Notes: generated from the sequence alone by a model not told the origin. A stretch of DNA of 64,000 nt from Candidatus Uhrbacteria bacterium (GCA_037131775.1 JBAXQK010000003.1:76439-140438), one strand, 5' to 3'. Counted from the stretch's first letter, positions 10,657 to 19,886 are shown. Numbers and translations: made by a program.

Positions 10657-10765
10657 AAAATTCAAGAAGGGCAAGATGCAAAGAAGATTCAACGGCCAAG
10701 GGACAAAATTGAAATTTTACGTTTCAACTTTGATTCTTCCTTGTCTCTTGCCCTTCTTGCATTTG
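10657..10765. repeat. Inverted degenerate repeat element
   Basis: Perfect 14-bp inverted repeat CAAGAAGGGCAAGA (10663-10676) / TCTTGCCCTTCTTG (10746-10759). Confidence 0.65.
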
Positions 10766-10773
10766 CCTCTTTC

Positions 10774-11781
10774 TCACAGTCCTCCGACGTGCTCCGCCAT
10801 CTCAACCAGCCGCACGGAGTACCCCCACTCGTTGTCGTACCACGCAAGGACCTTCACGAGGTCGCCGTCCACGACGCGCGTCATCTCGAGGTCGACGACC
10901 GACGAGAAGGTCGATCCGATGAAGTCGGACGAGACGAGCGGGACGTCGGACACGCCGAGGATTCCCTTGTAGCGCGGCGAGGCGGCAGCCTTCTTGAAGG
11001 CGTCGTTGATCTCCTCGACGGTCACCTTGCGCTTGAGCACGAAGGTAAAGTCGGACAGCGAGACGTCGAGCGTCGGAACGCGGATGGCGAGCCCGTCGAA
11101 CTTGCCCTTGAGCTCGGGGACGACCTCGGTCACGGCCTTCGCGGCCCCGGTCGACGTCGGCACGATGTTCACGAGCGCGGCGCGGGCGCGGCGCATGTCG
11201 GGGTGCATCTTCGGCGGCAGGCCGTCAACGATGTTCTGCTCGGCGGTCACGGAATGCACGGTCGTCATCATCGCCTTCTTCACGCCGAACAGCTCGTGCA
11301 TGATCTGCGCGACCGGAGCGATCGAGTTCGTGGTGCACGACGCGTTGTTCACGATCGCGTCCGAGCCCTTCGCGCTCTTGTGGTTCACGCCCATAAGAAA
11401 CGTCGGCACGTCCTTCGCCGGCGCCGAGATCACAACCTTCTTCGCGCCCGCGACAAGATGCGCGGACGCCTTCTCCTTGTCTGCGAACCGACCGGTCGAC
11501 TCGATGACGACGTCGACTTTGAATTGCTTCCACGGCAGCTTCGTCGGCTCCGTCTCCGCCACGATGGGGATGATCTGCCCGTCGACGATGAGGTTGTGCT
11601 CGTCAAACGAAACCTCGTGCGGCCAGGTGCGCATCACGGAATCATATTTCAAAAGGTGCGCGAGGATCTTCGGCTCGGTCAAGTCGTTGATCGCGACGAA
11701 CTTCGTCCCCTTCCGTCCGAATCCGATTTTGAACGCGTTGCGGCCGATTCGGCCAAAGCCGTTGATTGCGATGCGAAGCAT
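10774..11781 (-). CDS. gap: Glyceraldehyde-3-phosphate dehydrogenase, type I
   Basis: INGFGRIGR, NASCTTN, WYDNEWGYS. Confidence 0.98.
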   Translation of the reverse strand: MLRIAINGFGRIGRNAFKIGFGRKGTKFVAINDLTEPKILAHLLKYDSVMRTWPHEVSFDEHNLIVDGQIIPIVAETEPTKLPWKQFKVDVVIESTGRFADKEKASAHLVAGAKKVVISAPAKDVPTFLMGVNHKSAKGSDAIVNNASCTTNSIAPVAQIMHELFGVKKAMMTTVHSVTAEQNIVDGLPPKMHPDMRRARAALVNIVPTSTGAAKAVTEVVPELKGKFDGLAIRVPTLDVSLSDFTFVLKRKVTVEEINDAFKKAAASPRYKGILGVSDVPLVSSDFIGSTFSSVVDLEMTRVVDGDLVKVLAWYDNEWGYSVRLVEMAEHVGGL

Positions 11782-11788
11782 AGGAATA

Positions 11789-11820
11789 GTCGTTGAGTCT
11801 TTGAGTCGTTAAGTCGCTGA
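11789..11820. repeat. Four degenerate 8-mers in the gap leader
   Basis: GTCGTTGA GTCTTTGA GTCGTTAA GTCGCTGA. Confidence 0.6.
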
Positions 11821-11909
11821 GACGAGGATAATATACCATAATCCAACAAAAAGAACCGCCCACAGGGTGAGCGGCCCGAGCCGGGAGCGACGAGCGCTCG
11901 ACCGGCAGG

Positions 11910-12170
11910 CTACTTGGCGCAGTGTTCCTTGATGGTCACCGTACCGTTGAGGACGCCGTACGAACTCTCCTCCTTGAAGGAGTACGTCTCGGCAACGTCC
12001 CCCTCGTGGAACGGCCGGGTGAGGTACCAAAGGTTCGCGTCCTTCCAGGTGACGTTGACCACCTTCTGGCAGTCGGGGATTTCCATGGTCGTGGACCCAC
12101 CCCAGCTTTTGGCTGCGATGTTGTCCGTGCAGCCGGACCCGAAAAGACAGAGAAGCAGAACGAAACGCAT
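11910..12170 (-). CDS. Small putative lipoprotein, phage-like family
   Basis: Hydrophobic N-terminus ending in GSGC; TWK..LWYLTRP..ETYSFKE; GGAG SD; TTGACA-N16-TAGATT promoter at 12238-12211. Confidence 0.7.
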   Translation of the reverse strand: MRFVLLLCLFGSGCTDNIAAKSWGGSTTMEIPDCQKVVNVTWKDANLWYLTRPFHEGDVAETYSFKEESSYGVLNGTVTIKEHCAK

Positions 12171-12286
12171 CGAATTCTCCAGACCACCAGCGGGATGCCA
12201 GCGGACGAACAATCTACCACAGCAATGAAGTCTGTCAACGCATGAATGCAAAAACAGGGCTCGATTGAGCCCTGTTTAATCTCTTC

Positions 12287-12874
12287 CTAGGAAATCATGA
12301 ACCGTGCGAACCGGGCCACCTGGATGTTTTCCCCAATCGTGGAGATCTTTCCCTTGATGTACTCGCTGACCGTCAGGTCCTCGTCCTTGATGAAGGTCTG
12401 CTCCATCAGGCAGATTTCGCCGAACCACTTGTTCAGCTTGCCCTCGACGATCTTCTCGACGATTTCGGCCGGCTTGGCCTGCTCGGCCACCTCGGCGCGG
12501 AACAGTTCCTTCTGCTTCTCGACCAGGTCCTGCGGGACGTCCTCGCGGCGGACGTAGAGCGGGTCGGCGGCTCCCACGTGCATGGCGACGTCGTGGCAGA
12601 GCGCCCCGAACGCCTCGTTGCGGGCCACGAAGTCGGTCTCGCAGAGGATCTCGACCATCGCGCCAAGCTTGCCGTTGCCGTGCAGGTACGCGTGAACCTT
12701 CCCTTCCTTGGTCTCGCGCTCGGCCTTCTTGTCGGCCTTGGCAAGCCCCTTCTCCTGGAGCTTCTCCGCGGCAACCGTCAGGTCGCCGTTGGCTTCCTCA
12801 AGGGCCTTCTTCGCGTCCATCATTCCGGCACCGGTCATTTCGCGCAGCTGCGCGACGAGCTTTGCATCGATCAT
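12287..12874 (-). CDS. tsf: Elongation factor Ts (short form)
   Basis: LREMTGAGMMDAKKAL, CETDFVARN. Confidence 0.97.
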   Translation of the reverse strand: MIDAKLVAQLREMTGAGMMDAKKALEEANGDLTVAAEKLQEKGLAKADKKAERETKEGKVHAYLHGNGKLGAMVEILCETDFVARNEAFGALCHDVAMHVGAADPLYVRREDVPQDLVEKQKELFRAEVAEQAKPAEIVEKIVEGKLNKWFGEICLMEQTFIKDEDLTVSEYIKGKISTIGENIQVARFARFMIS

Positions 12875-12904
12875 AATGAAAGATCTAAATGGTTGGTTTG
12901 AGAA

Positions 12905-13654
12905 CTACGCCGCCTTCGCCGGGGTCGCGGCCACCTTCGCGGCCTCCACGGCCTTCAGGTTGCGCATCGCCTCCGCCTTTCCTTCCGTAACGGCCTCGGC
13001 CACGAGGCGGGTGATCATCTCAATCGCCTTCACCGCGTCGTCGTTGGTCGGGATGACCATGTGTACGCCGCTCGGGTTCACGTTGGTGTCGCACATGGCG
13101 ACGACCTTCGTACCGGTGGTGTTGGCCTCCATGACCGCGGTCTTCTCGGTGCGGATGTCCACCACGAAGATCGCCTCCGGCGGCTTCTCAAGCATCTGGA
13201 TTCCACCAACCTTGTGCTCCATCTCCTCGATCTCGCGGCCGAGGACGATCTGCTCCTTCTTCGTGTACTTCTTCAGCTCGCCCTTCTCGCGCTGGTCCTT
13301 CAGCGAGCGGAGGCGCTTCAGCGTGACCTTGATCTGCGGGAAGTTGGTCAGCGTTCCGCCAAGCCAGCGCTCGGTCACGAACGGCATACCGCACTGTTCC
13401 GCGTACTTGCGCACGATCGGCTGCGCCTGGCGCTTGGTTCCGACGAACAGCACGTTGCCGCCGCGGGCCACCACGGAGCGAACGTACTCCAGGGCCTCCG
13501 GAAGCATCTTCTGCGTCTTCTCAAGGTCGACAATGTGAATGGATCCGCGCGATCCGAAAATATACGGCTTCATCTTCGGGTGCCAGCGCGACGTCTGGTG
13601 ACCAAAGTGAACGCCGGCCTGGAGCATCTCCACGAGCGAAGGCAATTTGCCCAT
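12905..13654 (-). CDS. rpsB: 30S ribosomal protein S2
   Basis: AGVHFGH, RWLGGTLTN, IPTNDDA. Confidence 0.98.
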   Translation of the reverse strand: MGKLPSLVEMLQAGVHFGHQTSRWHPKMKPYIFGSRGSIHIVDLEKTQKMLPEALEYVRSVVARGGNVLFVGTKRQAQPIVRKYAEQCGMPFVTERWLGGTLTNFPQIKVTLKRLRSLKDQREKGELKKYTKKEQIVLGREIEEMEHKVGGIQMLEKPPEAIFVVDIRTEKTAVMEANTTGTKVVAMCDTNVNPSGVHMVIPTNDDAVKAIEMITRLVAEAVTEGKAEAMRNLKAVEAAKVAATPAKAA

Positions 13655-13820
13655 AGTGTTATTTTCCTTTTATTGACCGTCGAAATGACAGGTCCACCGA
13701 AGGCACACGATCGAGCCCCGAGAAACGGGGAGGAAATCGACCGGAGTTTGTCCCTCTGTTTGATTAAACAGCCCTAAGGCTGACGACCGGGAGTGTACTA
13801 GAAGTACGGGAAATGGTCAA
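13655..13820 (-). promoter_or_regulatory. Sigma70-type promoter and structured rpsB leader
   Basis: TTGACC (13820-13815)-N17-TACACT (13797-13792); ~130-nt leader with several hairpins. Confidence 0.6.
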
Positions 13821-13822
13821 TC

Positions 13823-14929
13823 TTAGCGAATAAACATCGCGTCCCCGAACGAGAAGAACCGGTATCCGAGACGGACGGCTTCCTCGTAGGCCGCGACGAC
13901 GTTCTCCCTCCCCGCGAACGCGGAGACGAGGACGAGGAGGGTGGACTTTGGAAGGTGGAAGTTGGTGATGAGGGCGTCGATGACCTTGAACTCGAAGCCG
14001 GGGGTGATGAACAGGTTCACGTCGGCGGAGAAACCGTCGGCTGGCAAAACGTCCCTGTCATTGCGAGGTCCGCAGACCGAAGCAATCTCATCGAGGGATT
14101 GCTTCGTCGTTGAGACTCCTCGCAATGACGACGCGACGCCCTCGAGGACGCGGACGGTCGTCGTTCCAACCGCGACGATGCGACGACCTTCCCGCTTCGC
14201 CGCGTTGATGCGACCAGCCGTCTCCGCGTCGATCGACACGAACTCGGCGTGCATCACGTGTTCCTCGAGCGTCTCGGTCTTTACCGGGCGGAACGTGCCG
14301 ATCCCCACATGGAGCGTGACGAACTCGAACTGGACGCCCTTCGCCTTGAGCGTCGCGATCAGCGCGTCGGTGAAGTGGAACCCCGCGGTGGGCGCCGCGA
14401 CCGAGCCGACGGTCTTCGCGTACACGGTCTGATACTCGTCGAGCTTCGCTGGCGCCTTGTCCACGTACGGCGGAACCGGGATCTCGCCGTGCGCGTCCGC
14501 GAACGCGATGACCTCGTCGACCGTCGCGTTCATCTCGAGCGTCACGACCCCATCGTCCCTCTTCTCGACGACGACCGCGACCATCCCACGCAGATCGATC
14601 CAGTCCCCAAGGGCGACCTTCTTCCCAGGCCGCACCATCGCCGACCACCGCGTCCCTTCCCCGCGCAGCAGGAATACTTCGAGGCCGATCTTCTTTCCAG
14701 GGACGCTGACCGTCCCGCTCAATCGTGCCTTGAAAACTTTTGTGTTGTTCATCACCAGCACATCGCCCGCGACCAACTCGTCGACGATCTCCCAGAACAC
14801 CTTGTGCATACGCTCCCCCGACGCACGATCCAGCACCAACATTCGCGACGAATCGCGCGGGGAAACCGAAAACTGGGCGATTTGCTCGGGCGGGAGGTGG
14901 TAGTCGAACAGGGAGATGGGTGTGGGCAC
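13823..14929 (-). CDS. queA: S-adenosylmethionine:tRNA ribosyltransferase-isomerase, with in-frame palindromic insertion
   Basis: FDYHLPPEQIAQ, GSVAAPTAGFHF, TLHVGIGTF, TNFHLPKSTL, YRFFSFGDAM. Confidence 0.97.
   Translation of the reverse strand: MPTPISLFDYHLPPEQIAQFSVSPRDSSRMLVLDRASGERMHKVFWEIVDELVAGDVLVMNNTKVFKARLSGTVSVPGKKIGLEVFLLRGEGTRWSAMVRPGKKVALGDWIDLRGMVAVVVEKRDDGVVTLEMNATVDEVIAFADAHGEIPVPPYVDKAPAKLDEYQTVYAKTVGSVAAPTAGFHFTDALIATLKAKGVQFEFVTLHVGIGTFRPVKTETLEEHVMHAEFVSIDAETAGRINAAKREGRRIVAVGTTTVRVLEGVASSLRGVSTTKQSLDEIASVCGPRNDRDVLPADGFSADVNLFITPGFEFKVIDALITNFHLPKSTLLVLVSAFAGRENVVAAYEEAVRLGYRFFSFGDAMFIR
14057..14129. repeat. Palindromic element inside queA
   Basis: GTCATTGCGAGG...CCTCGCAATGAC outer and GAAGCAATC...GATTGCTTC inner inverted repeats. 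Confidence 0.85.
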
Positions 14930-14990
14930 AAGGCGTAACGACAAATGAGTGAGTCCGTTGTAGACTGCGATTAATCTAACAGCCAATCGT

Positions 14991-15755
14991 ATGAACATCA
15001 AGCAATCCGCCTCGACCCTCGTCATCCTGGCCGCCGTCGCGCTCGTGGGCGCCGGGTGCCTTTCCTCGTCGAAGCCGGGAGAGACGAGGCCGATCGTCTC
15101 GGCGAAACCGACGCTCAACGTTCCTCCCGAGGTTCTCGGACAGGACACGCCGAGCGTCGCGCGACAGGAAACCACGACCACCTTCGCCACTGGACCGGAC
15201 GGATCGATGGTGACCACCGTCTCCGAAGATACGACGACGGTTCGCGACGCCACGTCGGGACTGACGTTCTCCGTTCCGACGTCGCTTGGGGAGATAAGAA
15301 CGCAGGATGAGAACGGATTCGGGACGGAGGGGACGAAGAGCGGGGATGGCAGTTCCGCGGACTGTCTCGTCCAGCGGTCGTTCCTGGCCGGCGACGTCAT
15401 CTTCCTCACCAACTACGACACCTTCCAGTGCGACCAGCCGGGACGCGGAGGATACTGGGGCGACCAGGCGCAAGCGTTCAAAACCGAAGCGGACATTGAG
15501 AAGTGGTGCAAAGCAAAGGACGCGTGCGACACGTTCGCGAACAAGAGCGGGATCACGATCTATCACGCCTTCACGAGGTCCGTGGAAGAGTATGGGACAA
15601 CCTATGCCGAAATCGACGAATACGGGGCCTGGAACGCAGAACGGTCCGTCCACGGCGTGCTCTTCTCGAACGAGGGCTTCGTCCAGGCGGGCGCCGGCAG
15701 ACAGCTGGAGACGCTGAAATCGATCGTCGATTCCCTGTCGTTCTACGTGGAATAA
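14991..15755 (+). CDS. Putative lipoprotein
   Basis: Signal peptide with LVGAGC lipobox. Confidence 0.75.
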   Translation: MNIKQSASTLVILAAVALVGAGCLSSSKPGETRPIVSAKPTLNVPPEVLGQDTPSVARQETTTTFATGPDGSMVTTVSEDTTTVRDATSGLTFSVPTSLGEIRTQDENGFGTEGTKSGDGSSADCLVQRSFLAGDVIFLTNYDTFQCDQPGRGGYWGDQAQAFKTEADIEKWCKAKDACDTFANKSGITIYHAFTRSVEEYGTTYAEIDEYGAWNAERSVHGVLFSNEGFVQAGAGRQLETLKSIVDSLSFYVE

Positions 15756-15819
15756 TGTCATTCGATTGACATATTCCCGCGTCATTGCTACACTTCCGCT
15801 CGTTATTCCCCCACCTCAT

Positions 15820-16104
15820 ATGAAGAAAACAATTCACCCACAATACTTCCCGAAAGCGAAGATTTCCTGCGCCTGCGGGGCCAAGTACGAGATCGGCTCG
15901 ACGGTTCCGGAAATCGCGGTGGAATTGTGCGCCGCCTGCCACCCGTTCTACACGGGCAAGCAGAAGATCATCGACACGGCACGCCGCGTCGAGAAGTTCG
16001 GCGATAAGCTGACCAAGGTCGTTGCCGGGGCAAAGGTTGCCAAGAAGGCCAAGACCGAGGCGCGCACCGCCAAAAAGAAGGAAAAGGCCGTCAAAGCATC
16101 CTAG
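15820..16104 (+). CDS. rpmE: 50S ribosomal protein L31 (Zn-binding type)
   Basis: [25 protein letters not shown]. Confidence 0.97.
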   Translation: MKKTIHPQYFPKAKISCACGAKYEIGSTVPEIAVELCAACHPFYTGKQKIIDTARRVEKFGDKLTKVVAGAKVAKKAKTEARTAKKKEKAVKAS

Positions 16105-16108
16105 GAAC

Positions 16109-17191
16109 ATGAACCTCATCGACGAGCTCACAAAGGTGAAGTCGCGTCAGAAAGAGCTCGAGACACTATTGAGTGACTCGAGCGTTCTTTCTAATACGGC
16201 GAGATTGCGCGAGGTAAACACGGAGTTCGGCGACGTGTGCGAGACTGTCGCGATTGGCGACCAATACGCCAGGGCCGTCTCGGACCTGAAGAGCGCGGAA
16301 TCGGCGCTTGCGAACGAGGCCGACCCGGACATGCGACAGATGGCGCTCGACGAGATCGCGCTCGTGAAGGGCCGCCTCCCCAAGCTGGAGGAGGACTTCA
16401 CGCTGGCACTCGTTCCGCCCGACCCGCTCGACAAGAAGAACACCATCGTGGAAATTCGCGCGGGCGCCGGCGGGGACGAGTCCGCGCACTTCGCGGGCGA
16501 GCTGTTCCGGATGTACACGCGGTATTCCGACGCGCAGGGATGGAAGATCCATCTTATCTCTTCGAGCCGCAACGACCTGGGCGGATTCAAGGAAGTTATC
16601 TTCTCGATGGAGGGAAAGAACGTGTACAGCCGCATGAAGTACGAGAGCGGCGTGCACCGCGTCCAGCGCGTCCCGGAAACCGAGAAGGCCGGGCGCGTGC
16701 ACACGTCGACGGTCACGGTCGCGATCATGCCGGAGGCCGAGGACGTGGACGTGAAGATCGACATGAAGGATTTGCGCATCGACACGATGACGTCGAGCGG
16801 CGCGGGCGGGCAGAGCGTGAACACCACGTACTCCGCCATCCGCATCATCCACATTCCCACGGGAATCATGGTGCAGTGCCAGGACGAGCGCAGCCAGACG
16901 CAGAACAAGGAGCGCGCCATGACGGTTTTGCGCGCCCGCCTGTTCGCGTTCGAGCAGGAGCGCGTGCGCAAGGAGCGCGAGGACAAGGTGCGCGGCCAGA
17001 TCGGGCATGGAAACCGGTCCGAGAAGATTCGCACGTACAACTTCCCGCAGGACCGCCTCACCGACCACCGCATCGGCCAGAACTTCCACAACCTGCCAAA
17101 AATCATGGAAGGCGACATCGACGAGATCGTGAATGCGCTCAAGACCGCCGAGCTGAATAATGCGTTCTTGGAAAACGACACGGACGACTGA
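16109..17191 (+). CDS. prfA: Peptide chain release factor 1
   Basis: [14 protein letters not shown] (PxT), [14 protein letters not shown]. Confidence 0.97.
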   Translation: MNLIDELTKVKSRQKELETLLSDSSVLSNTARLREVNTEFGDVCETVAIGDQYARAVSDLKSAESALANEADPDMRQMALDEIALVKGRLPKLEEDFTLALVPPDPLDKKNTIVEIRAGAGGDESAHFAGELFRMYTRYSDAQGWKIHLISSSRNDLGGFKEVIFSMEGKNVYSRMKYESGVHRVQRVPETEKAGRVHTSTVTVAIMPEAEDVDVKIDMKDLRIDTMTSSGAGGQSVNTTYSAIRIIHIPTGIMVQCQDERSQTQNKERAMTVLRARLFAFEQERVRKEREDKVRGQIGHGNRSEKIRTYNFPQDRLTDHRIGQNFHNLPKIMEGDIDEIVNALKTAELNNAFLENDTDD

Positions 17192-17192
17192 T

Positions 17193-17867
17193 ATGCAGGC
17201 GGTCATCCTCGCGGCTGGAAAAGGGTTGCGCCTGCGTCCCATCACGGAATCGGTTCCCAAGGCGCTGGTGGACGTGTGCGGCACGCCGCTTCTTTTTCAC
17301 ATTCTGAATTCCCTGCCGTCGACGGTGACCGAGATCTTCGTCGTCGTTGGCTATCTCAGCGAGCAGATCCGCGCGGCGATCGGGGACGCGTTCGATGGGA
17401 AGACGGTCCGCTACGTCACGCAGGAACCGCTCGACGGGACCGGGAGCGCGCTGCGACTTTTGAAGGATGAGCTGCGTGAGAAATTTCTCGTCGTGAACGG
17501 AGATGACATGTACGGAAAAGACGATCTCGAACGTCTCGCACGACACGACCTCGCGGTCCTCGTCGCGCCGACGGAAGACGAGACGGGATCGACTGCGATG
17601 ATCGACGCGGCCGGACGGTTCGTCGGAATCCGAAACGACGCGATCGCGACCGCGCGCTCCCGCGTCTGCGGCGCATACGTCCTCGACAAAACGTTCTTCG
17701 ACGAGCCGCTCGCGACCGTGAACGTTCACGACAAAGTCGAGTACAGCCTCCCGCACACGATCGTCGCCATGGCGCGCGCCCATGCGATCGCGACGGAAGT
17801 TGCGACGCACTGGCAGCCGGTCGGCACGCACGAGGAACTGGCGAGAGTCCGAGCGACCTGTGCATAA
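17193..17867 (+). CDS. Nucleotidyltransferase (NTP_transferase family)
   Basis: ILAAGKGLRLRP..PKAL, VNGDD. Confidence 0.85.
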   Translation: MQAVILAAGKGLRLRPITESVPKALVDVCGTPLLFHILNSLPSTVTEIFVVVGYLSEQIRAAIGDAFDGKTVRYVTQEPLDGTGSALRLLKDELREKFLVVNGDDMYGKDDLERLARHDLAVLVAPTEDETGSTAMIDAAGRFVGIRNDAIATARSRVCGAYVLDKTFFDEPLATVNVHDKVEYSLPHTIVAMARAHAIATEVATHWQPVGTHEELARVRATCA

Positions 17868-17883
17868 CTTCTTTGAAAAGTCC

Positions 17884-17912
17884 TTGACCGGACTTTTTTA
17901 AGTCGCTATATT
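17884..17912 (+). promoter_or_regulatory. Near-consensus sigma70 promoter
   Basis: TTGACC-N17-TATATT. Confidence 0.75.
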
Positions 17913-17918
17913 GAATGA

Positions 17919-18450
17919 ACCGCTAGGCACGAGCGTAAGTTGAGATGGACGCAAGTCCGACCCAGCCCCAGCGACGCCATGCGATAGACGGAGAAGCAGG
18001 CCACGGTGCAAACCGTCGTGCGACTCCCTCGGGCCGTTCATCCCATTTGCATCGTACGCATTCCTGGCATAGCCACGCATCCAATCGACGCAAGTCGAGA
18101 CGGAACGCGGTTGTCCCCTCGGAACTTTGAGACGCTTGCGCCTCGAATACGGTCGGTGAGGATCATCGGTAACCAGTCCTCCAGCAGGAATCAACGAGAA
18201 GAACTGTCGCGCCTCCGGAGCAATCTGGAACAAGCCGTCCCAATGGACAAAGCCGAAAGCACGCTGTCGACCTCACCGTCGAGAGAAGCCTGAAAAATTC
18301 GCCGCCGGCGAATGCCACGTCTAAAAGACAAGCAGCTTGCAGCCGCAGCACTCACTCGTCGAAGACCAACGCGCCCACAGCGCCGCGATCACCATCTGGA
18401 CGGACTCCCCCTTCCCCCTACGTTGTGAGCTTGCTCCAACGTCTTTTTTT
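17919..18450 (+). ncRNA. Candidate large structured non-coding RNA (~530 nt), family unassigned
   Basis: Bounded by promoter and terminator; four GCAA-tetraloop hairpins; 8-bp long-range helix; no credible long ORF. Confidence 0.65.
18420..18450 (+). terminator. Rho-independent terminator
   Basis: ACGTTG-T-GAGC-TT-GCTC-CAACGT followed by T7. Confidence 0.75.
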
Positions 18451-18468
18451 GTGTAAGAATGCATCCGT

Positions 18469-19383
18469 ATGATGGTGATGGAAGCATTGAAGTGGGCGAA
18501 CGAGACCCTGAAGCGGGGCGTGGACGGATCTGGGCTGGATTCGCCGATGCTGGACGCGGAGGTTCTTTTGGCCGCGTCGCTCGACGTGAACAAGGCGTGG
18601 CTGTTCACGCACCTCGACCGCGAGCTCAAGTCGCACGAGAACGACAAGTTCCGCGCGTTCGTAAAGCGACGGTCCACGGGCGAGCCGGTCGCGTACGTCA
18701 TCGGATACCGCGAGTTCTACAAGCGCCGCTTCGCCGTCAACCGCCACGTCCTCATCCCGCGTCCCGCGACCGAGATTCTCGTCGAGGCCGCCCTCCGTGT
18801 TGCCACCCAGCTCCCAAATACAAACGACCAAGAACAAACTACCTTGTTCTCCGATATTGGTACTGGCTCCGGCGCAATCGCGGTTACCCTCGCCGCGGAG
18901 TCCAGGGCACACGTCCTCGCGACCGACATGAGCAAAGAGGCGCTCGCCGTTGCCAAGTCGAACGCGGTCGCGCACAAGGTCGACGAGCTCGTCGATTTCC
19001 GCCATGGCAACCTCGTCGAGCCGGTCGTGAAGATCTTCGCCTCGCTCGGCAAGCAGTCGCCGTACCATCACCTGATCGTCTGCGCCAATCTCCCGTACCT
19101 CACCCAGCACCAGGTAGATGCCGCCCAGCGCGAGGTCCGCGACTTCGAGCCGCACGAGGCGCTCATCGCTGGCCAGGACGGGCTCGACGACTACTGGAAC
19201 CTCATCCGACTTCTGAAAAAGAACCGCTCCGTCCTCCCCGAGCGCGTCACGATCCTTCTCGAGATCGACCCGTCGCAGAACGCGCGGATCGTCGAGCTGA
19301 TCCGGCACGACTTCCCGCACGCGGAGCCGGCGATTACGAAGGATTTGGAAGGGTTTGATAGGGTCGTGACGGCGGAGATCTAA
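18469..19383 (+). CDS. prmC: Release factor glutamine methyltransferase
   Basis: GEPVAYV, VLIPRPATE, DIGTGSGAIA, ANLPY. Confidence 0.95.
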   Translation: MMVMEALKWANETLKRGVDGSGLDSPMLDAEVLLAASLDVNKAWLFTHLDRELKSHENDKFRAFVKRRSTGEPVAYVIGYREFYKRRFAVNRHVLIPRPATEILVEAALRVATQLPNTNDQEQTTLFSDIGTGSGAIAVTLAAESRAHVLATDMSKEALAVAKSNAVAHKVDELVDFRHGNLVEPVVKIFASLGKQSPYHHLIVCANLPYLTQHQVDAAQREVRDFEPHEALIAGQDGLDDYWNLIRLLKKNRSVLPERVTILLEIDPSQNARIVELIRHDFPHAEPAITKDLEGFDRVVTAEI

Positions 19384-19424
19384 CGGAGAATAACCCGTTA
19401 CTTTGCCAGTCTCAGCAAAGATTT

Positions 19425-19478
19425 TAAAAAACCGCTCAACATACCTCGCAGCTGCGAGGTATGTTGAGCGGTTTTTTA
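19425..19478. repeat. Perfect 54-bp palindrome without spacer
   Basis: TAAAAAACCGCTCAACATACCTCGCAG|CTGCGAGGTATGTTGAGCGGTTTTTTA, checked base by base. Confidence 0.95.
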
Positions 19479-19537
19479 TTTCCATTGACGATATCGGCCG
19501 TCATGAGTACTCTGTCGCGACACCCCAAGGAGTGCTC

Positions 19538-19816
19538 ATGGGAAAGTCCAAGCGTCGCGACGACGATGACGTCGAAGCGAGATCCGAGCGCCAACCTCTT
19601 CCGCCGCTTGATCCGAAAAAGTCAGAAGCGCGGGAACAGCGCTGGAGAGACGAAATCGCCCGCGTCGGCCGCGGAGACCGTCACGGAGGCGTCTACTACG
19701 TCGGCAACTACGACCATGACGGCAACGAACTCTTTGGAGACGAGCTCGCCGCCCGCGACGCACGCCATACGCGCGACGATGACGACAACCTTCTCTTTCG
19801 CGACACAAACGACTGA
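19538..19816 (+). CDS. Small charged hypothetical protein
   Basis: AAGGAG SD, upstream TTGACG-N17-TACTCT, downstream terminator. Confidence 0.65.
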   Translation: MGKSKRRDDDDVEARSERQPLPPLDPKKSEAREQRWRDEIARVGRGDRHGGVYYVGNYDHDGNELFGDELAARDARHTRDDDDNLLFRDTND

Positions 19817-19886
19817 CATCTCCGCCAGAACTTGGCGGTTTTTTATTTTCCAACGAAAAAGCCGGACGAACTTCGCCCGGCCTCGT

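Noticed and set aside
17945-18428. Short ORFs in the same region (61, 95 and 111 aa, and a 38-aa MPRLKDK... ORF at 18312)
   Set aside because: No clear SD, atypical codon usage and no motifs; the 38-aa ORF cannot be fully excluded
17919-18450. RNase P RNA, tmRNA, SRP RNA or self-splicing intron as the identity of the non-coding region
   Set aside because: No GAGGAAAGTCC or matching 3' P4 strand on either strand, no tRNA-like ends or CCA, no SRP loop, no group I core or group II domain V; only superficial fragments such as GGAGCAA
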